64,000 nucleotides of DNA. Origin: a virus. Lineage: Duplodnaviria > Caudoviricetes. The stretch lies in IMG/VR virus record IMGVR_UViG_2840054979_000001, positions 1 through 64,000 of that record; one strand, given 5' to 3'. The notes under the pieces are model-generated. The model was not told the origin of the DNA and made no database searches. It was given only the letters and a program-made list of their open reading frames with translations. This document shows positions 27,716 to 35,705 of this stretch, one piece after another (within the stretch, counting starts at the first letter, position 1; each line of letters opens with the position of its first letter). Made by a program: the position numbers and the translations under genes.

Positions 27716-27922
27716 ATGAGGACACGAACTGTCCGGCTCGACGGCGCCACCAAGCCGATGTGCCTGGTCGCCGTCGACCAAGGCCTCGTCGACCACCTGT
27801 CGCTCATCGTCCACCACCTTGGCGGCACGTTCAATGTCGCCGCGGATGAGATCCCCGAACCATGGCGCGACCTGTACGAGAGCGTGATGGCGTCGGCCAT
27901 CGTCGAAGAGACGGAGGGCTGA
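27716..27922 (+). CDS. Hypothetical protein
   Basis: Strong SD. Confidence 0.65.
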   Translation: MRTRTVRLDGATKPMCLVAVDQGLVDHLSLIVHHLGGTFNVAADEIPEPWRDLYESVMASAIVEETEG

Positions 27923-27971
27923 CGTGACGAGCCTCGTCGGGCTGAGTGCTGTCACCCCTTCGAGCAAGAAT

Positions 27972-28203
27972 GTCCAAGAGCCCTCCACCACCAATCACGG
28001 CGGTGACAGACGGTGGGGGCTACGGACGGTGGAGACACCGGTCGGGCGCGGAACCCGGCCGGGTCTCTGCCTGCAGTGGGGCGGGACGCCCGCAACGTCC
28101 CGCGGCGGAAACCCACTGCTCCCGGAGGTTGGGGTCGGTTGTCGGCGGCGACTGACCCCAACCTACGGATCATCCACCCATCGACGCCTGGGAAGTGGCG
28201 TCG
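27972..28203 (+). ncRNA. Candidate structured ncRNA or long 5' leader (five consecutive hairpins)
   Basis: Stems at about 27979-28021, 28028-28070, 28073-28119, 28122-28168, 28182-28203; upstream TGTC-N12-AAGAAT promoter. Confidence 0.5.
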
Positions 28204-28225
28204 CCCCCTTGAAAGGAACCCTGTG

Positions 28226-29107
28226 ATGGCAACCATCAACCGGTACATCGTCGAGTACGACGACGGCGAATCCGACGAGTGCGACACGTTCGCCGAAGCC
28301 GACGCGCTCGCACGGAGGCTCCGCGGCAAGGTCGTCGAGTACGAGTACGAGTACTCCGACTCGATCGTCGTCGCCGACCACACGGCGACCAGCGACCGCG
28401 GCGAGGCCGAGCCGGCAGCGAACCCGCCGGCCGTCTACCCCGACGGCACGAAGCTGTGGCGGGCCCCGTTCGACTTCGCCGACGGCACGGCCGGCGAGGT
28501 GACGATCACCGAGTCCGACGGTCCCGACCATGCCGTCGTCGTGCTGGTCGACACCGAGTTCGAACCGGACGGCTCCGACGGCACCCGCGGCCTGCGGGTG
28601 TACGTCAACGACGGCGCCGTGTTCGTCGGCGTCGAGCGGCAACCGCCCGATGGTGAGCCTGCTCCCCCGCCGCCGCACTCGCGGACGTTGACGGTCGCGG
28701 ACGGCTGGGAGATCGAGGTGACCGACTCGCACTCGGCGTTCATCCGCTACCGAGGCACCGATCTCGCTGCGCTGTGGGCGCCGGATCGTGACGGCGAAGT
28801 GAACCCGGTGCTGGAGGTCGCCCACGAAGCCAGAGTGTTCGGCGCCGCGAAGCACGGCGACCAGACCGAGTGGTCCGACCAGATGAACCACTCGATCGAC
28901 CTGGCAGCGCTCGCCGGCAGCGTCGACATCGGCATCGCCGAACTCGAGGTCCGCCGAGCGCGGCCCGTCGAGATGTGGCGACAGGCCGTCGCCGACGGTG
29001 AGACAACCGAGAGTTACGAAGCCTGGCTGCACCCGGCCGTGTGCGAGGCCCGCGCCACTGCCGTCGTGGCTGCCAAGGCCCGTTGGGGAGACAAGGCGGT
29101 CCGGTGA
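28226..29107 (+). CDS. Multidomain acidic hypothetical protein
   Basis: SD GAAAGGAACCC after a hairpin; C-terminal W...VADG.T...Y..W. Confidence 0.7.
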   Translation: MATINRYIVEYDDGESDECDTFAEADALARRLRGKVVEYEYEYSDSIVVADHTATSDRGEAEPAANPPAVYPDGTKLWRAPFDFADGTAGEVTITESDGPDHAVVVLVDTEFEPDGSDGTRGLRVYVNDGAVFVGVERQPPDGEPAPPPPHSRTLTVADGWEIEVTDSHSAFIRYRGTDLAALWAPDRDGEVNPVLEVAHEARVFGAAKHGDQTEWSDQMNHSIDLAALAGSVDIGIAELEVRRARPVEMWRQAVADGETTESYEAWLHPAVCEARATAVVAAKARWGDKAVR

Positions 29108-29270
29108 TGGATCCCGTCGTCGTCGCGGTCGTGTGCGGGTTCTGCCGCAACGCCGAGGAACATCTGCTGGTCGCCGGCCGGGCCCTGACGCGATGCCGGA
29201 AGTGTCGGTCGAACAATCTGATCGACCCGGCCACCGGCGAGTTCGTCGGCCCGCCCCAGGACGGGTTCCT

Positions 29271-31940
29271 GTGAGCGCCACGCTGTTCGACGTTGAGCCC
29301 AATGTCATGCGTGTGGTGCATGATGATGTCGTGGACGCGCGTGCCGAGTTGAAACGGTACCTGCACGCCGCGATCGGTCGGGTCGCGGCGAACTGCGACG
29401 GTGCCCGCGAGCAGGACGGGATCGGGTTCGACGGCTCCGACAGCAAGCCGGGCCGCATGATCGCATCGTGTCCGCCCGAGACGTGGTCCGATCAGATGGC
29501 GTCGCAGGCCGGGCTGTGGTGCCGCAAGTACGCCCGCCAGATCGGCCCCGACGCCAACGGCCTCGCCGACGAGGCGGCCAAGACGTTCGGCACCGTCACG
29601 GCGAAGTCGGCTGACGTGAAGGCCATCACCGCCGCCGAGGGCGGCTTCATCGTCCGGTTCGGCTACAACCCCGACGTCTCCGACGCCTTGCGCGAGATGG
29701 TGGTCGGCGCCCGCTGGAACGGCGACAAGCGCGCCTGGATCGTGCCCCGCCAACAGGGCGTCCGGCTCGAAAGCTTTGCCGCCCGGTACGGGTTCACGCT
29801 GTCGAACGCAGCCCACGCCCTGCTGACCGCGTCGCGGCACATGCAGACCGCCGACGGCAAGGTCGGCTTCGACGGCACCGACGTCACGATCGCGTTCGCC
29901 GACGTCCCCGACGCCGCAGTCCGCAAGGCCGTCAAGGCGTTGCCGGGCTGCCGGTTCGACTCGGTCGCCAAGCTGTGGCGGCTGCCGCCACGCTACGTCC
30001 GCACGGTCCGTGACCTCGCCGCACGGTTCGAGTGGGCGACGACCGGCGACTTCGACGCTCTGCCCGACCTCGACCCTGACGTCGTCGACGTCAAGGTGCG
30101 CGCCGACGGCACCACGTTGCTGGTGTCGTTCCCGTACGACAAGCAGCTGATCGACATCATGAACCAGGTCGGTGCCCGCTGGGACGGACGCGCCGAGGTG
30201 AAGGCGTGGCGGATCCCGGCCGAGGCCGGCTTCGATCTGCTCTCGGTGCTCGAGCACCAGAAGGTGAAGGTCGCCGACGACGACTCGACCGGCGACCTGT
30301 TGGACCAGGCCCGCCAGATGCTGGCCAGGATCACGAACTCGCGGGCGCTCGACGCCGACTTCGAGGTGTCCGGCATGGCGTGCGACCTGTATCCGTTCCA
30401 GCGGGCCGGCGTGAAGTACGTCGTCGAGGCCGGCGGCCGCAGCCTGATCGGCGACGAGATGGGCTTGGGCAAGACGCCTCAGGGCCTCGCCGCGCTGCAG
30501 GCGATGAACGCGTGGCCCGCCGCGGTGCTGGTGCCGAACGTCGTCAAGGTGAACTGGGTGCGCGCCGCGCACAAGTTCTTCCCGCATCTGCGCGTTGTCG
30601 CCCTGTACGGCATGTTGAAGCCCGAGTTCGCCCGCCAGCTGGTCCGCATGATCGAAGTCGGCCAACCCGACGGGCTGCTGGTGCCGTACACGATGTCGCC
30701 CGGCGAGGCCCGCTCAATCAAAGTCACCGACCGGGCATCGGCGGTCGAGGCGTACACGCTCCTGACGCAGGCCGATCTGATCGTCGTCAACTACGACGTG
30801 TTGGGTCCGACCGAGTTGACCGAGAAGGAGACGCTCGTCGGCAAGCGACCCGATCCGGGTTGGGTGCCGGTGTTGAAGGCGCTGCCTTTGAAGGGCATCG
30901 TCGCTGACGAGTCGCACGGTCTGAAAGACCCCAAGACGCTGCGGACCCGGGCGTGCATCGAAACGGCCCGGTCGCTGCCCGACGGCGCCGCGAAGATCGG
31001 CATGTCCGGCACGCTGGTGTTGAACCGACGTGTCGAGGTTGCCGCCCAGCTGGACTTCATCGGCATGTTGGACGAGTTCGGCGGCTACACCGCCGTCAAA
31101 CAGATGCCTGATCTGGCCCGTCGGCTTCGAGCCCGCTGCATGGTTCGCCGTGACAAGGCCGAGGTGCTGCCCGAGCTCCCGCCCCGTCAGCACGAACCGA
31201 TCGTGTTGAACCAGTCCGAGCTCGACGCCAAGGTGATGGCCGAGTACCGCCACGCCGAGCGCGACCTGCTCGACTTCCTGGCCCGCCGCGCGGCGGAGAT
31301 GGCCCTCGAGGCCGGGCTGGATCCGACGTCGGCAGCGATCGAAGCCCGCATGAAAGCGGCCGGCGCCGAGTTCCTGATCCGCATCGGTGTGCTGCTGCGC
31401 TTGGCGTTGCGAGCGAAGAAGAAGGCGGCTCGCCGCTGGATCGACGAGTTCGCCAAGACCGGCGAGAAGCTGCTGGTGTTCGGTTCGCACCTTGAGCAGC
31501 TGGATGAGTTCGCCGCTGAGTTCGGCGCCCCTGAGATCAAGGGCGGCGTGTCACCGGAGCGGCGCATGGAGATCGTCGACGACTTCCAGGACCCGAACGG
31601 CGCCCAGTTGTGCTTCCTGCAGATCCACGCCGGCGGTGTCGGCCTGACGATGACGGCAGCGAGCAACGTCCTGTTTTTGGAGCAGGCGTGGTCGCCGATG
31701 TTGCACGACCAGGCGATCGACCGCTGCTACGGCCGTCTCGACGGCGACCCGCACGGCGCGGTCGGCTGGTATCTGGTCGCTGAGGACACGATCGAAGAGT
31801 GGGTGTCGCAGCTGCTCGCGGAGAAGCGCATCGAGTGTGCTGACGCGCTCGACGGTGACGTGACCGACGGCCAGATCGAGTCGACGTCGGTGTACTCCGA
31901 CCTCGTCGGAATGTTGGTCCGCAAAGCGGTCCAACCATGA
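29271..31940 (+). CDS. SNF2-family helicase with three HARP-like N-terminal repeats (SMARCAL1-like)
   Basis: LYPFQRAGV, LIGDEMGLGKT, DESH, MSGT, GGVGLTMT, QAIDR; repeats F.Y....GARW....AW.(I/V)P. Confidence 0.9.
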   Translation: MSATLFDVEPNVMRVVHDDVVDARAELKRYLHAAIGRVAANCDGAREQDGIGFDGSDSKPGRMIASCPPETWSDQMASQAGLWCRKYARQIGPDANGLADEAAKTFGTVTAKSADVKAITAAEGGFIVRFGYNPDVSDALREMVVGARWNGDKRAWIVPRQQGVRLESFAARYGFTLSNAAHALLTASRHMQTADGKVGFDGTDVTIAFADVPDAAVRKAVKALPGCRFDSVAKLWRLPPRYVRTVRDLAARFEWATTGDFDALPDLDPDVVDVKVRADGTTLLVSFPYDKQLIDIMNQVGARWDGRAEVKAWRIPAEAGFDLLSVLEHQKVKVADDDSTGDLLDQARQMLARITNSRALDADFEVSGMACDLYPFQRAGVKYVVEAGGRSLIGDEMGLGKTPQGLAALQAMNAWPAAVLVPNVVKVNWVRAAHKFFPHLRVVALYGMLKPEFARQLVRMIEVGQPDGLLVPYTMSPGEARSIKVTDRASAVEAYTLLTQADLIVVNYDVLGPTELTEKETLVGKRPDPGWVPVLKALPLKGIVADESHGLKDPKTLRTRACIETARSLPDGAAKIGMSGTLVLNRRVEVAAQLDFIGMLDEFGGYTAVKQMPDLARRLRARCMVRRDKAEVLPELPPRQHEPIVLNQSELDAKVMAEYRHAERDLLDFLARRAAEMALEAGLDPTSAAIEARMKAAGAEFLIRIGVLLRLALRAKKKAARRWIDEFAKTGEKLLVFGSHLEQLDEFAAEFGAPEIKGGVSPERRMEIVDDFQDPNGAQLCFLQIHAGGVGLTMTAASNVLFLEQAWSPMLHDQAIDRCYGRLDGDPHGAVGWYLVAEDTIEEWVSQLLAEKRIECADALDGDVTDGQIESTSVYSDLVGMLVRKAVQP

Positions 31941-31959
31941 CCAGTTGTATGCATGTGGG

Positions 31960-31971
31960 ACATGATGATGT
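31960..31971. promoter_or_regulatory. Degenerate GCATCATGATGC-family operator (ACATGATGATGT)
   Basis: Intergenic; abuts TATCAT, a -10-like hexamer. Confidence 0.5.
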
Positions 31972-32192
31972 ATCATCGGTGTCACTGGGAAGCAGGACAG
32001 GGTCCCATCGGACACCGACGCACGGTAGCGCCGATGGTCCAAGCGCTTCCGCCCGGGCAGTCCGCCGCTCCGGGCGGGAGCGCTGGCTCAGTGCCTCCCT
32101 CCCCTACCTGGTCGCCAGAACGTGCCGCCAACAGGCGCACACGAAGCCTCATCGAAGACCCGCCGGGTCACCAACCAGGAAGGACCAGCCGC

Positions 32193-32411
32193 GTGAAGCA
32201 CTGGGTAGTGATGGAAGCTCCGATCGGGGCTCGCATGGTGTGGGCCTGGGGCCTCGTCGGCGACGAGCCCGGGTTCGAGCAGACGTACTTCACCGAGACC
32301 GACGGCCACACGCCGGCCAACATCGACGACGCCCCGTCGAAGCTTGGGGCCGTCCTGTTCGTTGTACCGGCTGCTGCTGGTGGCCTCGAACTTCCGCCTG
32401 TCGATGATTGA
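32193..32411 (+). CDS. Hypothetical protein
   Basis: GTG after AGGAAGGA. Confidence 0.55.
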   Translation: MKHWVVMEAPIGARMVWAWGLVGDEPGFEQTYFTETDGHTPANIDDAPSKLGAVLFVVPAAAGGLELPPVDD

Positions 32412-32691
32412 TCGGCGCCGCCGGCTGAACGAGGCGCTGGCCACCGCGGTCTGCGCCGGCGCGGCGCTCACCGCGGCGGCGCTGGCCTGGTCGGCGTTAT
32501 GCGTGGCGGTGTGGGCGACGAGGGTCGCTCTCTGATGGGCCGAACCGAGACGCTCGACCCGCTGTCACAGCAGGTCGAAGAAGCCTTCCGTGCGTTCGCG
32601 TTCGGGTCGAGCGACCCGGCCGTGCGCGAGCAGAACCGGATCCGCTACGAGGGCTTATTGGCCCGCTACCGACGAGAGAAGGGATACGACC

Positions 32692-33297
32692 GTGACAACG
32701 GAGCCCATGCCTGACGTGCTCACCAACGGCTTGCTCGGCGACGTCGCCGACCGGCTGGTCGAGGGCGTCAAGATCCGCAAGAAGCATGACGGCCCGACGA
32801 TGGCGGTGCGTGCCGTCGACTGGGACCTGACCGACCGGAACAGCCCGACCGTCACGGTGAGGGGAGCCTTGCTCGACGGCGGACCGGCGTTCGAACGTGA
32901 CGGAGTCGAGGCCCGTTGGCTGATCCGATCCGACGAGCACGTGTTCTTCGCCACCGGGCCGCGCCCTCCCGACGCCAATGGCACGCTGACGATCCCCGCC
33001 CAACTCGTCACCGACGACACGGCCGACAGCGAGCTCGTGGACGCGCTCCGCGATCAGATGGGCCGCACCGTCCTCACCGAGCCGGCGCCGCCGCCGATCG
33101 TGGCGCCGCCGGCGCCGCGGTTCCCCCCGCGAGGCGAGTGGCAACGCGTACAGGTGAGGCTGCCGCCCGGCCTGCTCGAGCGGCTCGAGGTGGCCGCCGA
33201 TGATCGAGTGGTGGGCCGCGACCTCTTGATGGCCCACCTGGTCGCCGACGGGCTGACTCGCCTGCATTCTTCCGGGTTTCCGGCCGCCACCCCTTGA
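32692..33297 (+). CDS. Hypothetical protein with C-terminal ribbon-helix-helix
   Basis: QRVQVRLPPGLLERLEVAADDRVVGRDLLMAHLV. Confidence 0.6.
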   Translation: MTTEPMPDVLTNGLLGDVADRLVEGVKIRKKHDGPTMAVRAVDWDLTDRNSPTVTVRGALLDGGPAFERDGVEARWLIRSDEHVFFATGPRPPDANGTLTIPAQLVTDDTADSELVDALRDQMGRTVLTEPAPPPIVAPPAPRFPPRGEWQRVQVRLPPGLLERLEVAADDRVVGRDLLMAHLVADGLTRLHSSGFPAATP

Positions 33298-33322
33298 CTA
33301 CTGTAGCCTGATTCACTACAGT
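33294..33322 (+). promoter_or_regulatory. SigA-type promoter with inverted repeat (P3)
   Basis: TTGACT-ACTGTAGCCTGATTCAC-TACAGT. Confidence 0.8.
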
Positions 33323-33345
33323 CATAGATGTCAACTACATACCAC

Positions 33346-33382
33346 CCACCGGAAGGGAAGCCGGTGGTCTCGAAAGGAACCC
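33346..33382 (+). repeat. AAGGGAAG-loop hairpin plus SD element
   Basis: CCACCGG-AAGGGAAG-CCGGTGG, then GAAAGGAACCC. Confidence 0.85.
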
Positions 33383-33388
33383 GCAGCG

Positions 33389-33637
33389 ATGACGCTCCTC
33401 TCCACCCCCATCACCTTGGACCCGTTGCCCACGGTCGAAGACCTCAAGGCCAAGATGCTGGCCGAAGCCACCCAGGGAACGGTCGAAGACCCCGAAGACC
33501 AGTGGATGGGCGCCAGCGCCCCCTACGAGATGCCCGCAGTGCCCGCTCGCCGGGATTGGGAGTCCACCTGCAGCTGCTGCTTCCTCATCAAGAACGCAGC
33601 CAACCTGCTCGACAGCGTCTGCAGCGATTGCCGGTGA
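33389..33637 (+). CDS. DUF4193-like small Zn-binding protein
   Basis: VP.R..E.TCSCCFLIK...L....CSDC C-terminus. Confidence 0.6.
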   Translation: MTLLSTPITLDPLPTVEDLKAKMLAEATQGTVEDPEDQWMGASAPYEMPAVPARRDWESTCSCCFLIKNAANLLDSVCSDCR

Positions 33638-33817
33638 CCCCGATGACCACGACGCTCTTCACCGAGACCGCCTGCGAGCTCTGCCAGGAACGGTTCCGGC
33701 CGATCGACGAGATCGCCGAGATGTACGACCCCGACAACGACGCCGACGGCTCCCTGATCGTCCACGCCGACTGCGGCCTCAGCCGCGGCTTCGAGATCGC
33801 CTGATCCCAACCAACCC

Positions 33818-33856
33818 GCTGCCGGAAGGGAAGCCGGCAGCTCACGAAAGGAACCC
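33818..33856 (+). repeat. AAGGGAAG-loop hairpin plus SD element
   Basis: GCTGCCGG-AAGGGAAG-CCGGCAGC, then GAAAGGAACCC. Confidence 0.85.
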
Positions 33857-33860
33857 ACCC

Positions 33861-34058
33861 ATGACCCTGACCGATCGCCGCGGCATCAACGCCGCGGCCA
33901 ACAGGACGACCGTGCTGCTGCCCGGTGGCGTCGCCGGCACGCTCCTCGGTTGGCAACGCAGAGGCCACCGGGCCCGCGTGCTCGTCGGCGGCCGCCACAA
34001 GCTCGTCGAGAAGGCCGACGTCGAACTCGCCCCTCAGCCGGTCGAGGCCCGGTCGTGA
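33861..34058 (+). CDS. Small hypothetical protein
   Basis: Strong SD. Confidence 0.65.
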   Translation: MTLTDRRGINAAANRTTVLLPGGVAGTLLGWQRRGHRARVLVGGRHKLVEKADVELAPQPVEARS

Positions 34059-34717
34059 GCGACGACATCATCGACGACCTCCACGCCGCCGAGGACCACA
34101 TCGGCGTCCTCGAGCAGGCCATCGAGGATCTGCTCGCCGCCGGCACTTTCGAGCCCGGCGCGACCGACCGAGCCCGGTCCCTGCTCGGCTCCTACGAGCG
34201 CCCGTCGTGCGACGAGGACTGCGACAACGAGTTCTGCGGCAGCCCTCGCCACAACACCCAGGTGTGGGACGACGTCGCCGACGTGTGGGTGGACGACGAG
34301 CAGACCTGCCCGCACGACCCGGATGGCCAGCATCACTTCGGCTGCGGCTGCGACTACCAGTCGCCCGACGACGACCCGCCGCCCGGCCTGATCAACTGCG
34401 ACCGCTGCGGCGAAACGGTGCTCGCGCACCTCGTCGCCACACACCAACAGCTGCACTGCCACGGCGCGTCCGTCGAGCCCGGCCAGTGCTCGTTCCGGTT
34501 CGCCAGCGGCGGGTGCTGCACCGAACCCGCGGGCCATGAGCAACAGCCAACACCGAGCGGACATGTCGAACTCATCGCTCCGCTCCGCGTCTGTCGGGAC
34601 GAGACATGCCCGGAGTGCGGATGGTTCGAGACGTACGGAGAAGCAGGTTCGGCAGGGTTCGAGGGCGGTCCTGTCGCAGTCGGCTGTTCGAGGTGCGGAT
34701 GGAGGGAAGCGCTGTGA
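34055..34717 (+). CDS. Cys/His-rich hypothetical protein
   Basis: Multiple CxxC pairs; coupled ORF. Confidence 0.6.
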   Translation: MSDDIIDDLHAAEDHIGVLEQAIEDLLAAGTFEPGATDRARSLLGSYERPSCDEDCDNEFCGSPRHNTQVWDDVADVWVDDEQTCPHDPDGQHHFGCGCDYQSPDDDPPPGLINCDRCGETVLAHLVATHQQLHCHGASVEPGQCSFRFASGGCCTEPAGHEQQPTPSGHVELIAPLRVCRDETCPECGWFETYGEAGSAGFEGGPVAVGCSRCGWREAL

Positions 34718-35307
34718 GCGGCCCGTTCACGTTCGACCTCTTCGCCGCCCGTTTCGACCTCGAGGCGCTTGGCGTCGACGAGATGCCCACGTGGGACGAG
34801 TCGCCGGCCCGGATGATTGAGCAGACCTTCTACGACGTCGCCGTCGAAGCCGGCCACCTGGCCGGCCCGGACGGCTGGTCGATCCTGCTGTACCCGCTGA
34901 TCTACGACTCCGACCCCGACGGTCTGCTTGTCACCGTCGTCCGGCCGAACCCGTTACCCGCGCTGGCGGGCAACCCGAGCGACTGGGACGACTGGCTGCC
35001 GAAGGACTCGTCCGCCCGATCATTGTCGGTCGACGAGACGATCGACCTGGTGCAACGCCTGGTCGACGAGGCGAACCGGCTCGTCGCCGACAGCGGCCTC
35101 GCGAGGGTTGCCGCGGTCATGGACGAGTCCGCGTTCGACGGGGACGGCTGGAACGGCGGCGACGTGTGCGGCGATCTCGCCGTCATGCTCACCAAGAGCG
35201 GCTACTTCGTCGACTGCGCCGAGCACGGCGAGTACTGCGGCCTCGTCAAGCCCGGCTGCCCGCTCTGCACCGGCGACCAGGAAGAGGACGAGGACGACGA
35301 CCGGTGA
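34714..35307 (+). CDS. Hypothetical protein
   Basis: Coupled ORF; C-terminal CAEHG..CPLC. Confidence 0.65.
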   Translation: MSGPFTFDLFAARFDLEALGVDEMPTWDESPARMIEQTFYDVAVEAGHLAGPDGWSILLYPLIYDSDPDGLLVTVVRPNPLPALAGNPSDWDDWLPKDSSARSLSVDETIDLVQRLVDEANRLVADSGLARVAAVMDESAFDGDGWNGGDVCGDLAVMLTKSGYFVDCAEHGEYCGLVKPGCPLCTGDQEEDEDDDR

Positions 35308-35705
35308 TCTACCGGTTCGACGTCGACTGCCCCGCCTGTGGTGCCGACCCGGTCCACGTGACCGGATCGGCACCGCTGCCCGCGGCGAACCCGAAGTCGT
35401 CGGCGATCGTCCGCTGCCCCGCCTGCGACACCGAATGGTTCCTCGAACTCACGTTGGCGTCGATGGCCCGCATCGGCCACCGCGAACGCCTCGCCGACCT
35501 GCTGCTCGACGAACACATCGCTCGCGCGAACCCCGAACCCGAACCCGTCTTCGACGAGACCGCACCGTTCGCACCGCTGGTGCTCGCGGTCCTCGAAGCA
35601 TCCCCCGACACGAAAGATGACGATGTCCACCACCACCACCAAGGCGAAACGCCGCAAGACCGCCGAGCACAGGCCCGCCGTCAGACGACGCCGATTCCGG
35701 CATGA
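35304..35705 (+). CDS. Zn-ribbon hypothetical protein
   Basis: CPACG...CPACD. Confidence 0.55.
   Translation: MIYRFDVDCPACGADPVHVTGSAPLPAANPKSSAIVRCPACDTEWFLELTLASMARIGHRERLADLLLDEHIARANPEPEPVFDETAPFAPLVLAVLEASPDTKDDDVHHHHQGETPQDRRAQARRQTTPIPA

Noticed and set aside
31984-31993. Cobalamin riboswitch (ACTGGGAAG resembles part of the B12 box)
   Set aside because: The other conserved elements are absent and there is no B12-related gene downstream.
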